Shown here piece by piece: positions 49,425-61,300 of a DNA stretch of 64,000 nt. Numbering within the stretch: position 1 is the first letter of the stretch; each line of letters opens with the position of its first letter. The translations under genes and the position numbers were made by a program. Origin of the DNA: Vicugna vicugna (taxonomy: Eukaryota); the NCBI GenBank assembly GCA_013265495.1, contig MU058844.1:10686184-10750183 (forward strand). The letters run 5' to 3'. Below the pieces are notes generated by a model that saw nothing but the letters and a program-made list of their open reading frames with translations, was not told the origin of the DNA and ran no database searches.

Positions 49425-52400
49425 GCCGTGAAGGGGATCAAAAGAATTCGGGCAACAAATGCAGGAATCTCTCCCGCCCCTGAGTCTCCTCCCTTGGCCA
49501 TGCTGGTTAGAGACTATAGACACTTCCTCAGTGCAGGAAGCCTGGAAATCAATATCAGAATGTCGACTGATTTCAGAATGTCAGTTTCCAGGGTGCATGG
49601 TTCTGAAAACTCACGCGGCCTTTCCCCTGACTGCGCCCTGTCTCCACGAGTCTGGGCATTTACTCGACTGTGAATGCAGTTTATAATTCAGGCCCGAGTC
49701 TTCTGCTATTATCAACCAGAGAGAAAGAAAAGGACTGAAGTCCCTAAGTATTTTTCTTCATGAACAGGAATGAGAGAGAGAAGCGGTAGCCGCTCCTTCC
49801 CACATGATCACCCTGGCGTCCTGCGCACGCACGTCTCGTTTCTCAGGGCCGTTACCCACATCTCCGCTCCCCCTGACACTTCCCCCCATAGTCACTGATG
49901 CTACTGACAGAGGACGAAAAACTAGCACAAAATGAATGTTCAACTTGATTTAGGCATGAAATTCTAATACCATCCAGAGAGGGATCATGCTGTTTCAGAA
50001 TAATTTTTAGTGTAATTCGACAAATAAAGAAACCATTTGTATCAATAAAACGCTTGTTTTCTGTGTATGGCATAAAATCAAGTTATATTCAAATATTTGG
50101 TTACTGCCAAATCGATGTCTTTTGGAGAGCTTAGAAACAAGGGCACTGTAGAGATGAACTGTGAAGCGTTTTGGTCTATGAAGAACAATAAAACAGAAAT
50201 TAGAATATTAACAAGGTAGCGAAGCCATGCAGACGGATCGCTCTGGCAGCTGGGGGTCACCTCTAACAATTTCCTAACACTCTTCTTGCAATTGATGGAT
50301 TTTTTTTCCCTCCTGGCTCTTGATTTACTTACCCACTAACTGAAGGGATTAATAAAATTAATTAGAGCACAAAAGTTGACAGAAGTACTACAACACCATA
50401 GATAAACCGGGAATATCAATTTGTTTTTTCCTTATAGTTAATTTCAAGAATCAAATTACAAAATGAAATTTTGTAACAAATTTCTACAAGTTTTTTTTAC
50501 TTAAAGGTTAGGAAAATATGTGTGAGATAAGGTGAATTCTCCTGTTTTGACCTAGATTTGACCTAAATACAGATTTAATATTTAAATTTAATTTTCTCTG
50601 ACAGTATTACTTTGTTTTCCGGGGGAGAGTGATGTTTTATTTGCTTTCCTTATTTCTTAGCTGTCCTATTTGTATCTGTCAGATAATTTTTTTTAAGCAG
50701 GAAATTATTTATTCATCAAAGTAACGGTGCTACTTTTTAAAAAATATAAATTGTCTCTGAGGGATTAAATTTGAGTAACTAGAGAGCACTCCTCTCAGAA
50801 TGTATTTAGGTTTTAAATACTCTACTTACACACATGTTAACATCAGTAATATATTTATTCCTTTGCTGAAGTCTGGACAAACTAGTAGATATGTGAAACT
50901 GATCAGGGATTTACATTCTGGGCTGAGGTAGCGTTGATCATTATTACGTAAGGATAGATTGATCTCCATGCTTGAAACTTGGCGGAATTATGGCTTTAAA
51001 TGTTTTCTTGTGTGTTGCTTTAAAAGAAATCGAATTCGTAGTAAAGTTCCTGACCATTTTGCTTATTTCACTGTTTTAGGTGAAAAGTTCTTGACCATTT
51101 TTAGTCCTTTCTTTCTGTTTTCTCATTCCCTGGTCTAGAGGGACCCCAGTCTCTTGCCAGGCTCAGACTTACAGATAATTCTGCATGAGCTATGACTTAC
51201 GTTTACTTAGATCTAGGCCATTACTCCTAGCCTGATTTCTACCTCTATGCTGAATTTTATACCATGATGAGTGCAACAAAAACTCGATCTAGAATTTGAT
51301 GTGACCTGAGATCCCATCAAATTACATCACTTCAAGTTGAATCATGTTTCTTTGGATGTTGGTTCACAAATCTTATAAATCTTAGAATAGTCCTACAGTT
51401 TGCATTTAAAAAAAAATCAACGAAATACGGACCCCAAAGAAGACCAGGCAGGTTGCACTAAATGATTGGTTTCTGAAATTTCCAACCTAAGACCTGTAGA
51501 AGGTGAGTCACAGAATTGCATCCTCTAAATTAATTAACCACGTTGAACTTTTCGGGAACACTTCAGCCACATCATGTCAAAGCTAAAATCATCAGCCTTC
51601 CAAAACCACAAACACAGCTTGACTGGTTTTGACAGTCTATTTATTAATTGCTGCCAAATTGTAATTGTTACTGCATTAATGTCACCTATCTGCAGAGGAG
51701 CAGCGTCAACTAAGCATCTGCCTCTGAAATTTGAACATAAATTTATTTCTTTAGGTTCCATCACTGATCTTTAATGTTCTTAATGTTTTCAGGCAATTTC
51801 ATCTACAACCTCAAATAAATTGTAGACACTGGAACTAATTGTTTCCCTAATTGGCTGACGCTCTTACCTCCCGTGGTGTGTACTGCGCACGTCTTCCTGG
51901 CTGCACGCAGCAACAGGAGGGAAGCCATTAATCAATCACAGAACAATTAGTTCTGACCTGGAGATTCCCCCCTTCTGTTGGAAGAGAAAATAACCTCCTC
52001 AAAGGTGAAAGGGACACGTTTGTTCTCTGTAGTTGTTGCCAAAGGGAAAAACTTACAGGTTAGGCTGATTGTTTTCCACATGTAATTTAAATTCTCAGTT
52101 CGGGCTTAAGTTTGGCAGGAACACCCAGACCTTATGATGAGGACTGGGACCCCTGGATACGCTGCATCATAGCTCCATGACCTTCTGCTTCTATAGTCAA
52201 CACGCATTAGTGCTGTGAGCCGTTTCTTGGCATGCTTTACCCATCAGGCTGAGCAAGGGATGTGTGCTCACATCTGTATTCCCTAACACTGGTCACACAG
52301 AAGTTGTTTAAAAAATACTGTTGAATGAATGAATAAACAGAATTTATTGTCTTCAGATACAAACATTGCCAGATCTTTTATTCATTGCCCCTGAAGGCAG

Positions 52401-53627
52401 GTCTCTAGAAGAAATCAGTAGATAGAGCACTTAAGGTGAAAGATGGAGTTTTCACTCTGTATTCTATATAACTTTACATAAACCTAGAAAAGGGGGAAAA
52501 GTAGGTAATTTGTACATTTCAAATTTTTATATTTCTTTTTTCTATATTTTCTCCCTTAGTTCCTCACAAGTTAGACAACAAAAGAAGGTAGACCATGTGA
52601 TGACATTGTCAATATGGCACATTATAACCTCTTATGCCTAAGTCTTTACTCTTGAGTCTTTCCTTACTCTCCTTTGGGCAGCCTCTTCCCTCTCTTTAAT
52701 CAGCCCCAAAGCCTGATGATGACAATGTGATAATATTTTTGGTTGTCAGATAGTCCCCAAGCCTCCGAATTTCTGTATCCTCCAGCTCCCCAACCCCAGC
52801 TTATCTGCAATGTATTCTCTTTTTTTAGGGCTAGCCCTTTTATTAGATATATGATTGTGCAAAGTCTAATTTTAAATTAAACACTGGAAGACTAAATGTA
52901 CTACTGAAACCCACAAAATGTAACATTTATCTTTTAAATAAATAGTTCAAAAGAGATATAGGACTTTCATTTTGGTGGAGTGAAAAAGCAAGTTAAAATC
53001 ATTGGACTCTGAAAACAGTCCATAGACAAGCATAGGATGAAATGACAGAGTTGAGGAAGGAATGACAGAATGACAGCAGAGATTTTTTTCAAACGTTTTC
53101 ATATTTTCTGCAAATGTAGGTAAGCTGCTACTAAACTCACATCAGGCATCTACAGTTAATGTAACGTGGAAAAGGCAAAATCAAAGATCTAGCACGCAGA
53201 GAATAGATTTCATTACAGTCTGACATGCCCTTACAAATTAAAAGGAATAGCAATAAATATGCAAAGTGGATTTAGTTAACAATAGGGATTTCCTCACTTA
53301 CTTGTGTTTTAATCAGGGCTCCAAGGTTAACAGAATTTGTGTTATTAAAGGTTAGCAAAGTGCCTTATTGAAATGCCACTTTTATATCTATCTTCCTGAC
53401 ATCAAGTCCACCCAGACAGGATTCTATTGACAATTTGACCTCAGTGTTTAAGGCATTCCCAGAAGCTGAGAATTGGTTTTTGCCAGCTTTGCACATCAAA
53501 ACAGCCCTATAGGGCAGAAGTGGTCATAAACAGTACTGAATAACTAAGAAAGGACTAAAAGATGAAAGAATGTAGTTAACTGAATAACATGCTTGTACAA
53601 CACACACACACACACAGACGCCAAAAG

Positions 53628-53786
53628 TGAGCTTCCTGGACCAGCAGCATCAGCATTGCTGGCAGCTTGTTGGAAATGTGAATTCTCAAGCCCCACTCTA
53701 CACTTACCGAGGCTAGAATTCTGCAATCTAGTGGAACAAACCCTCCAGGTGACAATGATGCATAATTATCTTTGAGAACCTCTGCA
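53628..53786. mobile_element. MER5A hAT-Charlie element
   Basis: 'cctggaccagcagcatcagcatt.ctgg.agcttgttggaaatg.gaattctca.gcccca...aaccctccaggtga...tttgagaacc.ctg'. Confidence 0.85.
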
Positions 53787-56700
53787 GTATTGTTTTAATA
53801 AAGCACAGGCGACATCAACCTTACCCACTCAGGAAAAAAAAAAAAGTAACAACTGAATTTTTTTCATACAATGTGGTTTCTAACTCAGGTGATCATTTCA
53901 TCTCAATTTCACGCTAAGAATAATGATCTCTTACAAAGTTGTGTTAGATTTACCGGAAAACAGGAAAGAGTAGCCTCCTGAATTTTATGGTATGCTCATT
54001 TTCAAAGATCATTTAGACTATAGATAATTTTTGCTTGAGATGTTCACTGTGCATAAAACACTACTCTTTTGAATGGGTTTAAACAGGATGTTTCAATGCT
54101 TAGCAAAGACCTGAAATTCACGATTCCACAGGAGTTAGATAATTACCATAGTAAGAGTCTATAAATTTTACAGCCAATTATATTTTTACTTAAATTCCAG
54201 TTTTTAAATTAACCTGGGGACCTGATGACTTCTATATGTGCTAATGATTTTTCAGAGCATATTGGGATTTAAAATTACCTAAGAAATAGAATCAAAATAA
54301 ATCCATGAAAGCAGAAATGTTTTGAAATCTCGTGAAGAAATGAAATAATAAAGATATTTAAAGTTGGCTTCATCTATTTTTCACTGATTACACAAAATAA
54401 GATATATTTTGGTCATGATGTCTTGATGGATCTCAATAATAGTACAAAATCAAAATACAGAAATAAGTATTTTAAAGGAAATTCTTGTTGTGAAATGCCA
54501 CTGAGTTTCTGCTCTATTAGGTAATGTACCATATTGACAGAAATCCAATTTCCTCTAGTTCCAGCCAAATTTCTATGCATACTCTGCCCCCAATTCTTTA
54601 CTATCTTTATCTTTTTAATTCTTCTAAGTCAACTGTTTCCTTCTTCTCTGAGCCAGTTCAGTAGGAATTCATTTATTGTCCTACTATGTCTCTTATGAAC
54701 TACTGCCTAGTATGTATTTGCACATATTTTTCTTACCCCAGATTGTAAACCCCTTGAGCGCCCAACAGTGGCATCACTACATCCCCTTAGGTCTCGAACA
54801 GTCTCTGACAGAAAGAAGATGTTAATAAAATAAGCCTAAGAAAAGATTTTTTAATCCTGCGTTTTTATCTGCAGTTTTTTGGAAAGTAACAGGAACTACT
54901 GCAGGCTATTAAATTGTTTGGAGTCCTTAGTTAAGCCTACTGACTATGGCACCGTGATGGATGGGATGGAACGTGGAGTCACTTGAATAGAATTGATTCA
55001 GATGTGATTTGCCAGCTTGAGAGGCCACAGTTGTGAAAGAAATCACCTGATTCTAGAGCATCTATATATGAAAAGCACAGACAGTGATATCAATTTATTT
55101 GAAAGAAAGGAAGGACAAGAATGTGCTTACTTTGATTCAGTGAGTCTAAACATTTGAGTGAGTGATAAACGGTAAATGCACTCACATGAACCACCCTGGG
55201 GGTGACGTTCGGGGCAGTACTTTGTCCCTCCAGGAGTGGGGAGAGACAATCAACAAGGCTGCCCCGGAGCACGCCAGGCATGATCCCACAAAATACTTCA
55301 CCTACAAGCAGAGTCATTCAGTTTGGCTGTAGGAGAGAGGCCACCTTCACCATCATCAAAATGGGTGACTTTTCCTCCTTTTCATCCCTTTTCTTCACAT
55401 ACTAGGCATTGATGTTAGCAAAGTTTCAGGTCATCAGTAGCTGAAGCACTTTGTTCTCTGTCCTCGTAGGCATTTCTTGAGTAATGAGCATCCGAGCTTT
55501 GAATGAGACTGACTGACAGGTGAGATCAGAAGACAGATTCTCCTCTGACACTTGCTAGGTCAACTCAGGCAACAGAGAAACTAGACGGCCTTGGTGTGTC
55601 AACTGGTGGTTGTGTCAAGGGAGCACTCAACTGTGACTCTCCTACGCCCCCACTCTTTTATCTTGAACGGACTGGGAACAAGACCTTGGTGCTTTCCACC
55701 TTTCACATGCTCTTCTCTGTGAGAACACATGCTCCTCCTCACTCATCATCCTTGGTAGGTACTTCAGATGTTCTCCTGCCTTCCGTCTCTTCCTTTTCTT
55801 CTTCCTCCCTCATCTTCACTTCACATTTTGCCAAGGATCTCATATTGTTTATTTACCACAAGAATGTTAGTGATACACATCTAAAGGGAAGACGAAGTCA
55901 TAGGATTTGAAATGAAATTAGAAATACCTCTTCTATCTCAGATCGGACCCTGTTACCTTTTAGAGGAGCTTCTGAAAATCTCTTCAGAGAGAAGGACACT
56001 TCCTTCTGTACAGCGATCGTTATACATCTGTGCAACAGTCATCATTTTATGTCTATAGTTGGGGTCATTCAGGGCACAGGTAGCGTCTTTCATACTTCAT
56101 CAGGAAGCACCTCACGGGTTGCTGGGAGGATGAAATGAAGATTGCAGGGAAGAGTGAAGTTCCTGGGCTATAGTAATGCCCAGTACAAGTTTGCTGACAG
56201 CAAGAGGAAATCACTTATTTCTCACTTTAGAAGTCAAAATGCACCTTAAGAATCTCAACCAAATATCTCTCCCTCATCACTCTGCTACAATAAAACCCAC
56301 ATATCCTCACAAGTGTATTGGGGGGAGAAGGGAAGAGAAAATGTTAATTGCCTAGCAACTAAAATATAGGATGTCACACTGTAATTAGAAATATTTCTAT
56401 TAGTATGACTCATCATTACAAGGAATCATCTTTTTTATTCCCAAGGCAAATCACGTACTAGAATCTATTGCTTCAAAAGAAAATTTCACGTGTGTATCTT
56501 TAAATAGCCAGATAGGTAATTTCTTTTACACTTGTTCTTTGTAAGTAAAATTTAACAAGATAAAAAAACTATTATGTATGTGGACTTAGATATATAGATA
56601 CATACATTTCTTATCCTTATCTGTCTATCCTTCCTTCCTTCCATCCATCCATCCAAATCTATCATCATTGGCTTTTCTTAAGGGAATAGTGATATTCCCT

Positions 56701-57809
56701 GGGAAATTTGAATTTATAGTAATTTGAATTTATAGTAACAAAAGCAAACAAATAATAGGATTCTTGAGGTGTGGGGCAATAAGTTAACACATATTCAGTG
56801 CAAATTAGGAGCCAATAATATGTGTTGCACAAGCAACTATGATCCTGATCCTCTCTGCTCCAAGACTCATATTCTAATTGTCTCATTGCTGAGTGAAAGG
56901 TTTCACAGAACTTCCTGTGCAGATTAGCATAAGTAACATAAACCTTTTTGCTTTTGTAAGTACCTGCTCCCATTACTAAGGGAATAGACACATCGTTTTA
57001 GATAGAAACATATAATCGATGACTCTGTTAAAAGAATGATCGTGGGACACAAAGTCCTGGAAAAAGGAGCAACTGGAAGTAAAATGACCACATGGCATAA
57101 AAATTAGCCATGCAAACGGAACTAATAAAAAGCTAGGCTTTAAGTCCATCAAGCCATGATATTAGTGAATGATCGCTGTGAGTGAATGAATATAAATTGC
57201 TTCTCAAATGAAGGACATCTATCTGAAATAGCTGAAAGTCATTTCTCTGAAAGAAGGGAATTAATCTGGAGAATGAAACAGATGTTTCTCCCCAGTGCAG
57301 TGAAGTGTGGCACCGTGAGAACCTGGGGACTGAAATGTATCCATTTCAAATGTCTTAATTTCCACCATCTATGGAAAACAATGGTGTTAAAACTCTGACC
57401 TCTGACTACTCACACTTGAAATGAAAGGGCTGTGTGTGTGTCTAGTTTTTTCTATAGGGCTCTTACAGACCTTTTGACACTAGTTTTATCTAATTTTACG
57501 TGGATTCCAGGCTAGATCTAAACAAGTCTGAGACTCCCAAGAAACTTGCTCCTTCTTATGTGATTTGTAAAGAAAAAGAGGGAGGTGAATAAGTCATGGT
57601 TTGAAAACACTCTTTGACTTTCTGGGTCTGCATTCTCAAAACATGTCTACTGGCAAGTCCACTGGCAAGGCTGGAACAGAATGAATGTAAACCAGATAGG
57701 GAGTCATGAAAAGGGTTCAAGAGATGGAAAGGTGTATTTTATTAGGATCTGGTGCTGCAACTAGTTAGGTGCTAGTCATCCAGGCGGAAGGCAGGAGACT
57801 AGAATGGAA

Positions 57810-58345
57810 GGCAGAATAGCACAGCGAGGGAAAAAGTGGACTCCGGGGGGAAAAGCTCTTCCCACCACCCCCAGCACTTTTTATTTTTCCAACTTGTGTA
57901 ACTGTGTGATTATCTAAGCTTTAAAAATGTTTTCTCATTGGTAAACCAAGGGTAATTGTATCTTCTACGCCGTGTGATTGAGAGGATTAGAAAGCATTTA
58001 CAAATGAAGGACTTAATGTCTGGCACACAATAAGCACTCGATAAACATCAGCTATTATACAAATATCTCAAATCATATTTATATTCTCCAGTTATGCTGT
58101 TTAGTGTATCTGTGAGAACTTGAGCAGAGCTCTTGAAATCAAGTAATAGCTAAGAATTATCAGAAGCTAACTAAGCACTTAACCCACTTGATCTAATTCC
58201 TTCCATGGTAGGTACTGCAATCACCTCCATTTTATAGATGAGAAAAGCAAACCATACACACATTAAATAGCTTGTGAAAGATCACACAGCAAGTAGAATG
58301 GCAGAGTCCAAATTTAAATCCAAGAAGATGGTTGCAGAACCATTA
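57810..58345. mobile_element. Two MIR SINEs in opposite orientation (+ 57810-58058, - 58140-58345)
   Basis: 'tgagaggatta...tggcacacaataagcactcgataaa..tcagctattat' and 'ccattttatagatgagaaa...gatcacacagcaagtagaatggcagag'. Confidence 0.75.
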
Positions 58346-61300
58346 AACAGACTTGAGCTTCCTAATTTTAGAGGTGGCAAATAGCATTCAGAAAGGTAGA
58401 GTTGCTTCCAAAAGTCAGAACGGTAGATAGTGGCAAATCAGATTAGACTTGGCTTTTTGGTCTCCAGCCTAGTCAACTTTTTATTCAGTTAGCTTTTTTT
58501 TTTTTTTTAACACCATTAACTGCACTAAGAATTAGTGGAATTTGTTGCAGCCATCCCAGAAGTCTAAGTCTGACTGAGAGAGAACTACTTTCAGAGTTTG
58601 AGGATCAAGATTTTTCAAATCTGGCTTAGGGATTTAATACTCAGATTTTTTGGTTTTCATACAGACAACAAAATGGGCCTCACCCTCCTCCTCTATGTAC
58701 TTTCAAAGACGTGGAAAAGTTCTAATTACATCTCCTAAATATCTCTCATTCACTGGATCTTTATTTGAAGGTGTACCATTAGTGATTCATTCATTTGGGT
58801 TGGTTATCTCCTTTCTTTACCTTTTTGGGGGTGGGGGGGCGGGAGGGAGAAAGGGGGAAGCAGAATCTCTCTGAGTGATGCTATAAGATAAAAGACCCTT
58901 CTTTCAAGATAGGAAAAAAGAGTGTTAGCTAGAAAGCCACACAGGGTCTGAAAAACAGGAGATGAAGAATCGAAGTTGAAATGGAACAAAAGAAAATGAA
59001 GTCTTATTTACAGCCTTGCCCGAGGTTCATCCTTGTAAGAGTTGTGGTAACATGTGCTTTCCCGGCTCTGTGAGGACACGATGGGAGTAAAGGAAGTCAG
59101 CCTAAATGAAAACAATATATGTCCTTAGAAAAGGGTTCAAAATCCAAATTACACCCTTTTTTTCTCCTTAAAAATCAATTTGGCATGGCTACTTACAGAA
59201 AAGAAGTGGCTTTTAAATCATAGATCTGAATTCTAAAATCCAATAAAAATTCTGGTGCTCAGATGTTCCAGATACATTTTTTATAAGTTTCAAATCCATT
59301 TTTCATAAAGTCTAAAATGGGGGGGAAAATCTGTCATGTGTAGAATGTCTCCATTCTAAAAATATTTTCTAGTATTTTGGGCTTTTCACCGTATTGCATG
59401 CTACACAATCTTCTACAAAATCTCTGGACGAATAAGGGAAATGGAACAGAGAATTCTTGTGAAAAACAGCACAGTAAATTAAAAGTTACAGGATACCAAT
59501 ATGGTGTGAAAAAATTATCTCCAATTGTAAAGGGGTAAGCTGTCACTGTCTATGTGGTCATTTTTTTCTTTTTCTAAAGATAACAGCTCTTTCCCAATGC
59601 AATCTTGCTATCTCACTGAAAGAAATGCGGAAATAACGAAACACGACATGTTCTTTAAATAATACTAATGGGAAGGACTGGGGGAAAAGAGAAAGTAAAA
59701 AGTAGCTGGTGCCTTAAAAAGCAGAACACACATGTTGTGGCAGGCTGTCTTGGGGGAATCAAAATTAGATATTCTCACATATCCAGGAGATTCTTGGTGG
59801 CTTGTGGGAAGTTACTTTTTTGTTCACTGCCAAGTATGTCTTTGAAGGGAATTCTTGTCTACCCTCCCAGGAAAAGAAAAAACCCACTAGAACAGTGAGA
59901 AAGCTATTTGAAGGGCTCCTACTAATCTTTTATGAAGTCTCGTCTGCTCTCTCCATTAGACCCTAAAAATAACACGCGGTGATACATGAATATGCAATGA
60001 AATATTAATGCAGTTCACCCTACTTGGGGGGAAGGTTCTCACTGTTACAATTGGGAAATTACCAAAATGAATGTGGATTTATGAAATCCTGCAGGAGTTG
60101 AATCCCAGGTGCTTGTCAGCTACTGAGATTGAGTGATAGAAATAACAACTAAAGGAGAAAGTGGAGGCGTTGCTCTCTGGACCGAACCTGCGGCATGCTG
60201 ATGGGAGAATTATGCCAGCACTCCCCGCCAGCTGCTGCTATGACCTCCTTATTATCCTCACTGTTATGCTCAATGACTTTTAAAAAGCTATTTTGGGCGC
60301 AGTTCCTGGGCTCCATCCAATATATATATATATTTTTTTATTCTTCACTGCTATATTGCCGCTTGAATGGGCTTAGAGAGTTATGTAAAACAAGCCAGAT
60401 GGCAGTTGCTTGAGGTTTGAGATACCTTGTGCTGTCAGGGGATGTAGAAACAAAGAAACAATAATAATAATAAAAAAATCTAAAACCAAATGTAAATAAA
60501 ATAATGTTTAGAAGAGGTGACTCTATTCCTTGTATCTAATTAGCAGAACACTCCTAACGTTACACGTAGAGAAGGCAAATGTGAAGTCAACTTTTAAATG
60601 AGACCAGATTAGATGATCTTTTAAGGAAGGAAACAATAATAATATTTATGTTCACCATCTCCAAGAATTGGTGTGTCATCACAGCTAAAGAGAGCGTGTT
60701 AAGTATTTTAATGTCACTACTTTTATCTTTTGCGAGAACTGAGAAAACATGAAATTGACATTCACTAATTATTCACTTGCAATGAAAATGAATCTCGGAC
60801 CTTAACTCTCTACTTAGAAGATGACAAATTACAATTTCAGGAGGAAGTCTATCCCACAGACAGTGTGTGGTGTGGGAAACCAAGGGGGTGGAAGTCCACT
60901 TTCCGCTTCACTTATCAGACATTTCATCTCTGGGTGATCAGCCTCTCAGAGACAATTTTACTAGCCGAAATGGACTTGGTGAATAAAATTACTTCCTTTC
61001 TCTCACAGAAGGAAATCTAAAAGTTCAATTTCTTTTCTAGACCTGGGGAGAGTAAGAAATGAGAGGGTACGTGACTAAAAACATATATATCATCCTAAGT
61101 TAGGGGAAAATGAACACAATCAATTTCAATATTCCCGCTCTCTGCTCTAGGAAAGAAAGTGCCATGCTCTGCGGGATTAGAATCAAAGGCTTCTGCACTC
61201 TCTCCACTGTACTGGAAAAACACTTTTTTACAACGTAATGGTTTCTATGCAACAAATATAAATAAAATGCAAACCAACTGTAGGTATCACACATGTAAGG

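Noticed and set aside
49310..49673. ORFs with repeated peptides (PSRRGKKGV x2; TPFLPRLEGTTK x2)
   Set aside because: Explained by the 39-bp-period DNA duplication. No other coding evidence.
56705..56736. 16-bp tandem duplicate AATTTGAATTTATAGT x2 (similar small degenerate duplications near 8875-8925, 35629-35658 and 51043-51101)
   Set aside because: Ordinary short slippage duplications with no shared unit or higher-order organisation.
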